From NCBI GenBank assembly GCA_043747615.1, contig JAYTOU010000052.1, positions 1-64,000 of the forward strand: a stretch of 64,000 bases of DNA, written 5' to 3'. Of the stretch, positions 37,578 to 47,262 are shown in pieces (positions within the stretch are counted from its first letter, which is position 1; every line of letters starts with the position of its first letter). The notes below the pieces were generated by a model. The model searched no databases. It had not been told where the DNA came from and was given only the letters and a program-made list of their open reading frames with translations. The stretch comes from Myxococcales bacterium (lineage in GTDB: Bacteria; Myxococcota_A; Polyangia; Polyangiales; Polyangiaceae). The position numbers and the translations under genes are program-made.

Positions 37578-38177
37578 TTACCGAACCATCTTGGTGACGT
37601 ACGCTTTGTGCTGCCAGCGGATCGCGCTCGTCTCGATCTCGATCACCTGCATGAACATGAAGTACTGCACGCGGCGCGCGCTGTCGGTGCGCTCGTCGGA
37701 GGCCATCACCTTGCCGGTGATGAAGTATTTTGCGCCGAGCTGCCGCCCGTACTGGGCGACGTGCGCCGGGTTGAAGACCGGATTTCTCGAGCCTTCGACC
37801 TCGGCGATCATCTGGTTCTGTCGCTCGCGGCTGATCATCGTGACGGTGCCCGCCTCGACGAGCCACGTCTCCGCTTCGCTGAGCACGGCCTCGAGTGGGG
37901 AGTCGATGTGCTCACTCGTCGAGTTTTGGAAGGGGAAGATCGCGACGGTGTCTTTCCCGTGATTCGTTCGCCACAGATCCATGATCGGAGCGGCGCGAAG
38001 GTTGTTCAAGTTCTCCTTGAGCATCCGCTGCACGTCGTCCTTGTCGAGACCGGTGCTCATCGCCGCGTTGTCGATGGTCGGATCGTTGGTGTCGCGGACG
38101 TACTCCTTGCCGCAGGCAAGCGGGCTCAAGGCGAGGGGAAGAAGGAGGGCGAATCGAATCGTTTGAAGAAAGCGCAT
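37578..38177 (-). CDS. LpoB-family (PBP activator-like) lipoprotein
   Basis: Lipobox LAC; 'N.TSEHID', 'GRQLGAKY.ITG' and 'I.W'. Confidence 0.8.
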   Translation of the reverse strand: MRFLQTIRFALLLPLALSPLACGKEYVRDTNDPTIDNAAMSTGLDKDDVQRMLKENLNNLRAAPIMDLWRTNHGKDTVAIFPFQNSTSEHIDSPLEAVLSEAETWLVEAGTVTMISRERQNQMIAEVEGSRNPVFNPAHVAQYGRQLGAKYFITGKVMASDERTDSARRVQYFMFMQVIEIETSAIRWQHKAYVTKMVR

Positions 38178-38346
38178 GTGTGTACGGACTCCTAACCGGG
38201 ATTAACGGCCGCTCCACGTACCTATTCACAAACCGCCGAAAACCGTTGGGAAAACGCACTAACCAGAACCCCCACAATGTAGGCATTGACAATACATTTA
38301 CCTTCCTTCATACAGGCGTTTCGACCCGTTACGGAGGATGACTCTT

Positions 38347-38826
38347 ATGGCTAGGAAGATCGTTGGTTTCTCGGTTCTCGCTCTCTTCATCGCGGCGCTC
38401 ACCCCTGCCTGCGCGAGCTCGGCACAAGACACTTCCGACGAAAGCTCCGACGAGCTTCGGGCCAAGCGGTCCTTCTTTTCCTGCCAAAAAGACGACGATT
38501 GCGTGGCGGTTCCCGAAGCCGCCTGCTGTCACAGCGGTCGCGACGCCGCGGTCAACATCCACCAGACGACGGCGTACGCGCACTCGGTCACGTGCCCCGC
38601 TCATCAGATTTGCCCGTTCTTCCTCATCCGCGAGACGCGCGTCGCGCAGTGCGGCAGTGCCGATTCGAGGGGCAAGCGCGCCTGCGAGATGATCGCCCCG
38701 GACGCCGTGCGCTGCGGTGGCTTCATCAGCCCGAGCTACCAACACAGCTGTGCGAGCGGCTACGCATGCGATTTCGGCGGCCACGTCCCCGACGTCCCGG
38801 GCACGTGCAAGTCCGTCATTCGCTGA
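38347..38826 (+). CDS. Cys-rich lipoprotein
   Basis: GGAGG 9 nt upstream; lipobox-like 'TPAC', acidic linker and many Cys. Confidence 0.75.
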   Translation: MARKIVGFSVLALFIAALTPACASSAQDTSDESSDELRAKRSFFSCQKDDDCVAVPEAACCHSGRDAAVNIHQTTAYAHSVTCPAHQICPFFLIRETRVAQCGSADSRGKRACEMIAPDAVRCGGFISPSYQHSCASGYACDFGGHVPDVPGTCKSVIR

Positions 38827-38834
38827 AGCGGGAT

Positions 38835-39923
38835 CTAGCTCTTCTTGGAGAGCGCCGTTTTGACCGCGCTCTCCAGGACCTCGCTGGGTTGCGCGCCCTC
38901 GAGCTTCTGAGTCTCGATCCAGATGGTCGGAAGTCCGTGTCCTCGTGAAGCCTTGAAGTCCGCAACGTCGGACTTGATCCGATCGTCCGTTTTCGGATCT
39001 TTTACGCAGTCGCGGAACGCTCCGGGGTCGAGGCCGAAGGAAGCGGCGAGCGTCTCGCAGCCCTCCGGCGTGAGCTCCTCGAGGGGCGCGGTGAAGAGAG
39101 CGTCGGCCATCTCCTCACCTTTTCCGAGGCGTTCGGCGCAGCAGGCGGCGCGCGCGGCGTCCATGGCGTGCGGGTGCATGCGCAGAGGCACCTGCTTGCG
39201 GACCACCCGCATCCGGGACCGGTTCGCTGCGACGATGGGGGCGAGCTCCGCATGCGTCATCCGGCAGAATGGACACTCGAAGTCCACGAAGTCGACGATG
39301 GTAATCACACCCGGAGGCGTGTTTTTCAGCTCCGCGCTTATCACCTGCGGCACCGGGACGGGCTTCAAAAAACCGACGCCGAGGGGCAGAGCCACGGCGA
39401 GCGCGAAGAGCGAGGCGAGAAGAGCGGGATACGCGCGGCCTGCGGGTAGCTCCCATTTCGTTTTCGTACGCGCGACGCCCCCGACCAGAATGACGAGCGT
39501 GGCGATGTCCACCACCATGCAATACTTGCAGTACACATCCATCAGAAACTGCACGAAGAGGAGGCCGAGCCCGACGAGCGCGGCGACCGACGCCACGGCT
39601 AGGTGCGCGAGGCGCGCGCGTGGTCCCTGAAGGAGCGCGAGCACGGCGAGAACGGTGAAGGCTGCGAGGCCGTACGCCGGCGTGGGAATGCCGAGGACTG
39701 AGGCGAAGATGGTTCTCTTGACGACGTCGCAGCCGCCGTTCTCTTCGCAAAAAATTGGCGCGGGGCGAACGTAGTCGACGAACAGCATGGCGCTTACTGC
39801 GAGGCCAAGCACTGTCGGAAGCCACACGAGGAGCAGCGGCATCAACTTCCGGACGACCGACGGCGGCGGCAGCGCTTCGCGGGACTCGATCTGTTCCGAT
39901 TGCATGGCTATCCGGTGAATCAT
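38835..39923 (-). CDS. VKOR-DsbA (thioredoxin-fold) fusion disulfide-forming protein
   Basis: VKOR loop 'C....GCDVV' and 'CKYC' in TM context; DsbA 'DFECPFC', 'PL..HP.A..AA' and cis-Pro 'GLPT'. Start uncertain (39923 or 39905). Confidence 0.88.
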   Translation of the reverse strand: MIHRIAMQSEQIESREALPPPSVVRKLMPLLLVWLPTVLGLAVSAMLFVDYVRPAPIFCEENGGCDVVKRTIFASVLGIPTPAYGLAAFTVLAVLALLQGPRARLAHLAVASVAALVGLGLLFVQFLMDVYCKYCMVVDIATLVILVGGVARTKTKWELPAGRAYPALLASLFALAVALPLGVGFLKPVPVPQVISAELKNTPPGVITIVDFVDFECPFCRMTHAELAPIVAANRSRMRVVRKQVPLRMHPHAMDAARAACCAERLGKGEEMADALFTAPLEELTPEGCETLAASFGLDPGAFRDCVKDPKTDDRIKSDVADFKASRGHGLPTIWIETQKLEGAQPSEVLESAVKTALSKKS

Positions 39924-39984
39924 CGGCCTCCCGCGGTCAAGTCCCTGCACGCGTGCTTGCGCGATCTCACTGCATTCCGTAATT

Positions 39985-42555
39985 GTGAGCGCAATGCCCC
40001 GAAGTCTTCCCCCGAAAAATAAAGTCCTCGATCTCCTCGCAACGCTCCGGGAATCGCTCGAGGCAGACGAGATCGCGAAGCAACTTGGCGTGGAGGAGAA
40101 GAGCTTTCCTGGGTTCTTGAGATTGCTCGACGATCTTGCGTTGAACGGGGATGTAACCGTGCAGGCGGGGAATCGATTCCAACTTTCGCGCGGCCACACT
40201 GGGCGACCAACGACCGGTCGTCCGCCGCCGCCGGCCAAGGGTTTACCCTCGCGGGCGGTTCCTCCAAAGGGTCTGCCCCAGAACCTCCGTCCGAATCCCA
40301 ATCGCCACCCGGAAAAATCGACCGAACGATCTGCTCCGCCGAAGCGATCGTCGCGGGCCGCGACAGGGGAGCTGCGTGAAGGCGTAGTGACCATCGCGCC
40401 TCGAGGATTTGGCTTCGTTTCGAGTCAGGGCTCCGTGGGAGACGACGTCTTCATCGGCAACGACAAGCTCGGTGGCGCGATGCACGGCGACCGCGTCAAG
40501 ATCGCGATCATCGGGCGAAACGATCGCGGACCGGAAGGCGAAATCGTCGAGATCGTTGCGCGCAACATCAAGCGAGTAGCCGGAGTCCTGCGTCGCCGCG
40601 GCAAGAGCGCATGGCTCGAGCCCGACGACAACCGGGTTCGTGGTCCCATCGTTCTAGAGGAGGCGATCGACACCGTCGCCGGCGAAGGCAACAGCGGCAA
40701 GGACGGCGACGCGGCGGTCATCTCCATTCTGCGCTACCCGGTGTACGCGGAAGAGACGCCGATCGGAAAGCTCGAGGCCGTGCTCGGTACGCCGGGGGAG
40801 CTCAAGGTCGAAGTGGCGAAGGTGCTCGTGCGCGAGCAGATCGAAGAGATTCACTCCGAAGAAGCGTTCCGCGAGGCCGAGGCCCACGGCACCGAGGTCC
40901 GCCCGGAGATGCTCGAGGGCCGCGAAGATCTCACGCACCTGCCGCTGCCGACGATCGATCCCGAAGACGCGCGCGATCACGACGATGCGGTATGGGTCGA
41001 GCGCACACCGAACGGCGGGTACAAAGCGTGGATCGCGATCGCCGACGTGAGCTCGTACGTCCAGCCGGGAACGCAGATCGACGCTGAATCCCTGAAGCGC
41101 GGCTGCAGCGTGTACCTGCCGGATCGCGCCATTCCGATGCTCCCCCGGCCGCTCTCATCGAATCTCTGCTCTCTCCTTCCGGACGTCGTGCGCCTCTGCC
41201 TCTGTGCGGAGGTAGACATCGACGCGGCGGGGACGACCACGAAGACCCGGCTCATTCGCGGGTTCATGAAGAGCCGTGCGAAGCTGACGTACGGAGGCGT
41301 CGCCCGCGCCCTCGGCCTCAGCGAGCTGCCGCCGCGCGATCCCAAGGCCGACGAGCTCATCGACGGTCTCCGCGTCGCCCACGAGCTCTCGCGCATCCTC
41401 CGCGCGAAACGCTTGAAGAGGGGAGCGGTGGATTTCGATCTTCCGGAAGCAAAGATCGTCCTCGGCGAGAACGGGCAGCCCACGGACATCGAGCGTCGCG
41501 CTCAAGATGCAGGAACGAAAAAGGCCTACCAGCTCATCGAGGAGCTGATGCTCCTCGCGAACGAGACGGTCGCCGAGTGGCTCGTCGGAAAAAAAGTTCC
41601 GACCATCTTCCGTGTGCACGCGCCGCCGGACGAGAAGAAGCTCGCGCGCTTTTCGCTCATGTGCGAAGCACTCGGCGTGGAGTTCGATCCGGAGACGGCG
41701 AAGGACCCGAAGAAGCTGACCACGCTCTTGAAGCAGCTCGCCGATCACCCCAAGGCGAACGTCCTCAACATGCTCCTCCTGCGCTCGATGAAGCAAGCGA
41801 CGTACGACGTCGTGAACATTGGGCACTTCGGTTTGGCCTCCAAAGCCTACTTGCATTTCACGTCGCCGATTCGCCGTTATCCCGATCTCGTCGTGCACCG
41901 CTCGGTGCACAAAGTGCTCAAGAACGAGCCGATCGACCGCAGCGAAGAGGGAATCACGGTGCTAGGTGAGGCGGCGTTTGCGGCATCCACCGCGGAGCGC
42001 AAAGTGATGGAGGTCGAGCGAGAGGTCACCGATCTCTACCGCGCCGTTCTCATGCGCGACAAGATCGGCGAGCGCTTCGAAGGCACGGTTACCGCGCTCG
42101 TGGGCTCCGGAGTGTTCGTCGCCCTCGACGCACCGTTCGTCGACGTCCTCGTCAAATTCGACGATCTCGGCGGCGATCGCTACGAGCTCGATGAGGACGG
42201 TCTACGCGCCGTGGCCGCGCGCTCGGGCGACGTGGTGCAGCTCGGCGATCGCATGATGGTCCAGATCATCGACGTCGCGATTTTGCGACGCTCGGTGCTC
42301 GGCCGGCGAATTGGTGGTGGTGGCGGCGACGCTCGCGGCGATGACGGCGGCGCGCGACGCGGCGCGATGAGCAGCGGGAAGAAGAAGGTCTTCGAGGCCC
42401 GCTCCGCAAAGACTTCGGATCGCGGACGCCCGCAGGTGAGCAAGAACAAGAAGCCGGGCTCGCGGTCTCAGAAGTGGACCAAGAAATCCGATACCGGCGC
42501 GACCGGCAGCGGCCCGCGAAAAGCCAAAGGCAAAGGCAAAAAGAAGCGCCGCTGA
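39985..42555 (+). CDS. rnr: Ribonuclease R
   Basis: CSD 'RGFGFV', RNB 'TIDPEDARDHDDA' and 'HFTSPIRRYPDL', S1 domain, basic C-terminal tail. Confidence 0.93.
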   Translation: MSAMPRSLPPKNKVLDLLATLRESLEADEIAKQLGVEEKSFPGFLRLLDDLALNGDVTVQAGNRFQLSRGHTGRPTTGRPPPPAKGLPSRAVPPKGLPQNLRPNPNRHPEKSTERSAPPKRSSRAATGELREGVVTIAPRGFGFVSSQGSVGDDVFIGNDKLGGAMHGDRVKIAIIGRNDRGPEGEIVEIVARNIKRVAGVLRRRGKSAWLEPDDNRVRGPIVLEEAIDTVAGEGNSGKDGDAAVISILRYPVYAEETPIGKLEAVLGTPGELKVEVAKVLVREQIEEIHSEEAFREAEAHGTEVRPEMLEGREDLTHLPLPTIDPEDARDHDDAVWVERTPNGGYKAWIAIADVSSYVQPGTQIDAESLKRGCSVYLPDRAIPMLPRPLSSNLCSLLPDVVRLCLCAEVDIDAAGTTTKTRLIRGFMKSRAKLTYGGVARALGLSELPPRDPKADELIDGLRVAHELSRILRAKRLKRGAVDFDLPEAKIVLGENGQPTDIERRAQDAGTKKAYQLIEELMLLANETVAEWLVGKKVPTIFRVHAPPDEKKLARFSLMCEALGVEFDPETAKDPKKLTTLLKQLADHPKANVLNMLLLRSMKQATYDVVNIGHFGLASKAYLHFTSPIRRYPDLVVHRSVHKVLKNEPIDRSEEGITVLGEAAFAASTAERKVMEVEREVTDLYRAVLMRDKIGERFEGTVTALVGSGVFVALDAPFVDVLVKFDDLGGDRYELDEDGLRAVAARSGDVVQLGDRMMVQIIDVAILRRSVLGRRIGGGGGDARGDDGGARRGAMSSGKKKVFEARSAKTSDRGRPQVSKNKKPGSRSQKWTKKSDTGATGSGPRKAKGKGKKKRR

Positions 42556-42571
42556 AACGCGTGAGGCAGGC

Positions 42572-43705
42572 CTACCAGGCGACTCTGGTTGGAGTGAGGC
42601 GGCGTTCTTTGGTGCCGTCTCCGAGCTGGCCATTGCGGTTGTTTCCCCAGCAGTGAAGGACGCCGTCGTCGGTCTTGGCGCAGCCGTAGTCCGAGCCCAG
42701 TGACACCTGCAGCACGCGCGTGAGCCCAGACAACGGCGCCGCGAGCTCTGCGGTCGAGCGGGTCCCGCGTCCGAGCTCGCCTTCGGTGTTCGATCCCCAG
42801 CAATGAACGCTCGCGTCCTTCCGGAGCGCGCACGAGTGCGACTCCGCAGACTCGAGCGTCGTAGCGTCGGTCAACCCCCGCACGACCACCGGCACGCTGT
42901 GATTGTCCTCGTCGGGGTTCGCGCCGAACTCGCCCTGATCATTGCGCCCCCAGCATTGCGTGGATCCGTCCCTGAGCGTCGCACAGACGAACGAGTCACC
43001 CGTGGCGATGCTCTGGATGGGCGGCATTTGGGGATGGCTGAAGGGGCCGTTGCCCCACGGACCTTCGCCCCAGCAGCGGGCGGTTCCGTCTTTCATACGC
43101 GCGCAGGCATGGGCCCCGCCGGCCACGACCTGCTCGACGCCTGAGTCGGGAGCGCCGTTCTGAATCCCGTCGAGACCCCAGCAGCGTGCTCCACCGGACG
43201 CAAGCCGCACGCACACGACGTAACCGCCCGCGGTGATCGCGACGGCGTCCGACAGCCCGGGCACGCTCGTAGGGGCGACCTTCCTCACTTCGCGACCATC
43301 GCCGAGAATTTTTCCACTGCCCCAGCACCTGACCGTTCGATCGATCATGCGCGCGCACGTGAAGGTCGCTCCGGAGGCGAGGTCTGCGACGCCAGTGAGA
43401 CCGGAGACCAGCGTAGGATGGATCTGTTCGGCGTCCGAGCCATCGCCGTCACCAAGCTGACCTTCGCTGTCACGGCCCCAGCAGCGGGCGGTGCCGTCCT
43501 CCATGCGGGCACAGGAGTGGAAGTCCCCGCAGTCGAACTGACTCACTTTCTTCGGCGAGCCGCTGGCGGATGCGACCGTCTCTCCGGAACCTGATCCTTG
43601 GCGCGAAGGCGGGAGCGGTGAAACCACGCCGCCGGCACCGGGCTTGGCCTCGCCTCCGCAGGACAGGACGAGGCAGATCACCGTAAATACGCGGGCCGAA
43701 CGCAT
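42572..43705 (-). CDS. RCC1/BLIP-II repeat lipoprotein
   Basis: Seven 'G..H.CA...DG...CWG....GQLG'-type repeats; lipobox-like 'VLSC'. Confidence 0.88.
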   Translation of the reverse strand: MRSARVFTVICLVLSCGGEAKPGAGGVVSPLPPSRQGSGSGETVASASGSPKKVSQFDCGDFHSCARMEDGTARCWGRDSEGQLGDGDGSDAEQIHPTLVSGLTGVADLASGATFTCARMIDRTVRCWGSGKILGDGREVRKVAPTSVPGLSDAVAITAGGYVVCVRLASGGARCWGLDGIQNGAPDSGVEQVVAGGAHACARMKDGTARCWGEGPWGNGPFSHPQMPPIQSIATGDSFVCATLRDGSTQCWGRNDQGEFGANPDEDNHSVPVVVRGLTDATTLESAESHSCALRKDASVHCWGSNTEGELGRGTRSTAELAAPLSGLTRVLQVSLGSDYGCAKTDDGVLHCWGNNRNGQLGDGTKERRLTPTRVAW

Positions 43706-43728
43706 TCCGCCGACTATAGCGGATCGAA

Positions 43729-44691
43729 TCAAAATGCGATGGCGTCGCGGAGATTTTCGCTTTCGTGCGCAGCGAGCTTGTCGATGAGCGCCTTCACCTC
43801 TTCCGATTTCGACGTCGGTGGCTGCACGAGGAAGTGCACGTAGAGATCGCCTTCCGGCTTTCCTTTGCGAGCCACGCCCTTACCGCGCAGGCGCAGGACG
43901 TTGCCGCTCAGCGTTCCTTCAGGCACCTTCAGGGAGACTGAGCCCTCTACCGTGGGCACCTTCACCTTGGCGCCGCGGTAAGCCTCGCTGACTGTGATCG
44001 GCAGATCGATGTGGAGGTCGTCTCCTTCGCGGCGAAAGTATTTGTGCGGTGTGACGTGGATCTGGAGGAGTAGATCGCCGGGCGGGCCGCCGTTCGGCGA
44101 CGGAGCACCGTGACCTGAGATGCGAACGCGGCTTCCATCGGCTGCACCGGCGGGGACGCGGACGGCGACCGGTTCGCCTGCGCCGGCTTGGTTACGAAGC
44201 TCGAGCATCGTCCCGCGTACTGCGGACGAGAAATCGACGGTGACCTCGCTCTCGAGGTCTTGGCCTTTGACCGGACCGCGCGGCCTTCGTTGGCGAGCGA
44301 ACATGTCGCCGAAGATGTCGCCCATGCCCCCTGCTCCGCCCGGTTGCCGTACCGCATCGCCGAACAGATCCTCGATACGCACGCCTTCGGGACCGCCACG
44401 GCCTCCGCCCGCGGGCTGACGGGAGGACCAATTTTTGTAGGTTCGGACGCGCTCGGCATCGAAGCCTTCGCGGAGCCCTTCCTCACCGAATTCGTCGTAG
44501 AGCTTTCGTTTTTTTTCGTCGGAGAGGATGTCGTAAGCCTGATTCACGGCCTTGAACTTCGTCTCCGCAGGCTTATTTCCGGGGTTCTTGTCCGGATGAA
44601 GCTTCTGGGCGAGCTTGCGGTACGCCTTCTTGATCGTCGCCGCGTCGGCATTCTTCGGGACAGCGAGCACTGTGTAAGGATCGGTGGCCAT
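43729..44691 (-). CDS. DnaJ-class co-chaperone without Zn finger (CbpA-like)
   Basis: J-domain with HPD, G/F-rich region and DnaJ C-terminal domain; no CxxCxGxG repeats. Confidence 0.92.
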   Translation of the reverse strand: MATDPYTVLAVPKNADAATIKKAYRKLAQKLHPDKNPGNKPAETKFKAVNQAYDILSDEKKRKLYDEFGEEGLREGFDAERVRTYKNWSSRQPAGGGRGGPEGVRIEDLFGDAVRQPGGAGGMGDIFGDMFARQRRPRGPVKGQDLESEVTVDFSSAVRGTMLELRNQAGAGEPVAVRVPAGAADGSRVRISGHGAPSPNGGPPGDLLLQIHVTPHKYFRREGDDLHIDLPITVSEAYRGAKVKVPTVEGSVSLKVPEGTLSGNVLRLRGKGVARKGKPEGDLYVHFLVQPPTSKSEEVKALIDKLAAHESENLRDAIAF

Positions 44692-44746
44692 CTATAGCTC
44701 GCGAACGTAATTCGCATCGCGCTCGCGGGCAATGCCAGGGCGATGA

Positions 44747-45187
44747 CTACCCGCCGTCGCGCCACCTCGGAAGAACGGTCACGTCGGGGAGGTCGGGCTC
44801 GATCCGCCACGCGCCGTGCTCGCGTGCGCAGTGCACCGTCGCGTGATCCGTTGCGGGCTCCGCGCCGAGGACCTCGACCGTAGCCGTCTCCCCAGTCACG
44901 TTGGCGCTCATCGATTTCGGCCTGAACTTCAGCCCGAATCGGCCCTCAGCGAGCATCTCGTACGCTTCGACGCGGCGGCCTTGGACGCGACTCGCCCGGG
45001 CCCCACGCTCTTCGAGGTTCGCGCGACTGGCCGGACCGAGAAGCGCGTAAGCCTCCCTTGCCGCGCGCGGATCGTCGGTCGACGACTCCATCCGTTCGAG
45101 CCAGAGGCGGACCACGCCGTCCGGCGTCGCGTCTGGTGCCGAGCGCGAGCAGCCCGCGAGGAGCAGGGCCACCATCGCGAACCTCAC
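44747..45187 (-). CDS. Hypothetical lipoprotein
   Basis: Lipobox LLAGC; GTGA overlap with the trpS stop. Confidence 0.75.
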   Translation of the reverse strand: MRFAMVALLLAGCSRSAPDATPDGVVRLWLERMESSTDDPRAAREAYALLGPASRANLEERGARASRVQGRRVEAYEMLAEGRFGLKFRPKSMSANVTGETATVEVLGAEPATDHATVHCAREHGAWRIEPDLPDVTVLPRWRDGG

Positions 45188-46182
45188 GTCGTTCCGCTTC
45201 CGAGTCCCATAGACTTGCGGACTTCGCGCATCGTCTCCTGAGCGATGACGCGGGCTTTTTCGGCACCTCGGGCGAGGATGGCGCGCACCGTTTCGGGATC
45301 GAGCGATTCCCGCTTCGAACGCAGCGGTGTGAGCTCTTTTTCGAAGTTATCGAAGAGTACTTTCTTGCAGTCGAAGCAGCCCCAGCTCGCGGTCGTACAG
45401 TTCTGGTGGACGAGCGCGACCGTCTCCGCGGGGCTCACCGCTTGGTGCATCGTGTAGATGTTGCACACCTCCGGTCTACCTGGATCCGTGCGCTCTTTGC
45501 GCTGCGGGTCGGTGAAGGCCGTCTTTATTTTTTTCCAGAAGGCGTCTGGTGGCGTGAAGAGTGGAAGGCTATTTCTCTTCGATTTGCTCATCTTCGCGTC
45601 ACCGTCGAGACCCATGATCCGAGGTGTCGTCGAGAGGCGCGGCTTCGGCTCGACGAACACCTTGCCAAAGCGGTGGTTGAAGCGGCGCACCGTTTCTCTC
45701 GCAAGCTCGAGGTGCTGCACTTGATCGTCGCCCACCGGCACGATGGTCGCCTTGTAGAGGAGAATGTCAGCGGCCATTAGGATCGGGTACGTAAAGAGAC
45801 CGGCCGAGACGAACTCCTTGTCTTCGCTCTTCTCTTTGAACTGCGTCATGCGATGGAGATCGCCCATCGGCGTCACCGCTGCGAGGTACCACGCGAGCTC
45901 CATGTGCTCAGGAACGTCGCTCTGCACGAAGAGCGTGCAGCGCTCCGGATCGACCCCGCACGCGACGAGATCGGTGGCGAGGCGAATCGTGCGCTCCTCG
46001 AGCTCCTTCGGCTCATAGGGCACGGTGATGGCGTGAGCGTCGACGATGCAGAAGAGAAGCTCTTCTTTCTGCTCTTCGACCTGCTTCGCCCAGGTGCGCA
46101 CCGCGCCGAGGTAGTTACCGATATGAAATTCGCCGCTGGGCTGAATCCCGGACAGAACGCGGGGTTTGACGGGGGTCGCCAT
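45184..46182 (-). CDS. trpS: Tryptophanyl-tRNA synthetase
   Basis: 'SGIQPSG.FHIGNY.G', 'YPILMAADIL', 'VPVG.DQ.QHLE' and 'KMSKS'. Confidence 0.97.
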   Translation of the reverse strand: MATPVKPRVLSGIQPSGEFHIGNYLGAVRTWAKQVEEQKEELLFCIVDAHAITVPYEPKELEERTIRLATDLVACGVDPERCTLFVQSDVPEHMELAWYLAAVTPMGDLHRMTQFKEKSEDKEFVSAGLFTYPILMAADILLYKATIVPVGDDQVQHLELARETVRRFNHRFGKVFVEPKPRLSTTPRIMGLDGDAKMSKSKRNSLPLFTPPDAFWKKIKTAFTDPQRKERTDPGRPEVCNIYTMHQAVSPAETVALVHQNCTTASWGCFDCKKVLFDNFEKELTPLRSKRESLDPETVRAILARGAEKARVIAQETMREVRKSMGLGSGTT

Positions 46183-46243
46183 GGGGAGAAGAGCTTAGCG
46201 TGAAATTGGATCTCGTTCGATCGCGCTTACTACACTTCGATCC

Positions 46244-47227
46244 GTGAAAGGCGCGCGCCCCGTAACCCTCTCTTGGAACGGGAAAAACGAGGCGCTTTCG
46301 CCGCCTCCGGGTGGACGCCTCGCAAAGGCGGGTCCGGTGCCGATTCGCTCGGGCGAAGGCGGCGACCTCTTTTTCGGGGACAACCTCAGCGTCATGCGCG
46401 CGCTTCATGCGACGCGCGGTGAGAGCGTTACCCTCGCCTACCTCGATCCGCCGTTTCTCACGGGCCGCGTGCACAAGGCGGTGAAGCGGGGAAAAACGCT
46501 CGACGACCGTACGACTACCGACGCCTTCGATGACCGCTGGACCGATCGGGCAACCTACCTCGAGGCACTCGGACAGCGCTTGGTTTGCGTTCGCGCGCTC
46601 CTCGCACCGCATGGCTCGGTGGTGGTGCACGTCGATCCCAAGACGAGCCACTACATCAAGGTGATGTGCGACGAGATCTTCGGCGACGACGCGTTCGCGA
46701 GCGAGATCGTCTGGCGCTACCGCCGCTGGCCCTCCAAAACGCCTAATTTTCAGCGGGTTCACGACGTTCTGCTCCGCTACCGCAAAGATCCGAAGGCGAA
46801 GCCGCGTTGGAACTCGCTCTACGAGCCGCTCGCCGCATCCACCCTCGCGACATGGGGCGTGAAGAAACAAAAGGCAGTCTTCGCCGAGAGCGGACGGCGC
46901 TCGCACTCGTCAACGAGCACCGAGCGCAGCGCTGGAGTGCCGATGGGCGACGTCTGGGACATCGGGCTCATCGCGCCGGTGGCCCGGGAGCGAACCGGGT
47001 ATCCGTCACAAAAACCGGAAGCGCTCCTCGACCGCCTGCTTCATGCCCTGAGCGATCCGGGAGACGTCGTGCTCGACCCGTACGCGGGGAGCGGGACGAC
47101 CCTCGCCGTGGCCTCGCGTCTCGCGCGCAAGTTCATTGGAATCGACGGGAGCGAGGTGGCGATCGAGACGGCCCGTGCGCGCCTCGACGCCCTCGTTTCG
47201 CGCACTCGAGACGCTTGCGCTCTCTAA
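46244..47227 (+). CDS. Orphan N6-adenine/N4-cytosine DNA methyltransferase, beta class
   Basis: Motif IV 'YLDPPF' precedes 'YPSQKPE.LL' and motif I '[10 protein letters not shown]'. Confidence 0.9.
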   Translation: MKGARPVTLSWNGKNEALSPPPGGRLAKAGPVPIRSGEGGDLFFGDNLSVMRALHATRGESVTLAYLDPPFLTGRVHKAVKRGKTLDDRTTTDAFDDRWTDRATYLEALGQRLVCVRALLAPHGSVVVHVDPKTSHYIKVMCDEIFGDDAFASEIVWRYRRWPSKTPNFQRVHDVLLRYRKDPKAKPRWNSLYEPLAASTLATWGVKKQKAVFAESGRRSHSSTSTERSAGVPMGDVWDIGLIAPVARERTGYPSQKPEALLDRLLHALSDPGDVVLDPYAGSGTTLAVASRLARKFIGIDGSEVAIETARARLDALVSRTRDACAL

Positions 47228-47262
47228 GGAGCGCCGCGTACCCTCGCCGGCGCAACGATCCC

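Noticed and set aside
46244..47227. Restriction-modification or defence island
   Set aside because: No nuclease, helicase or other defence gene is adjacent; the neighbours are trpS and an MCP.
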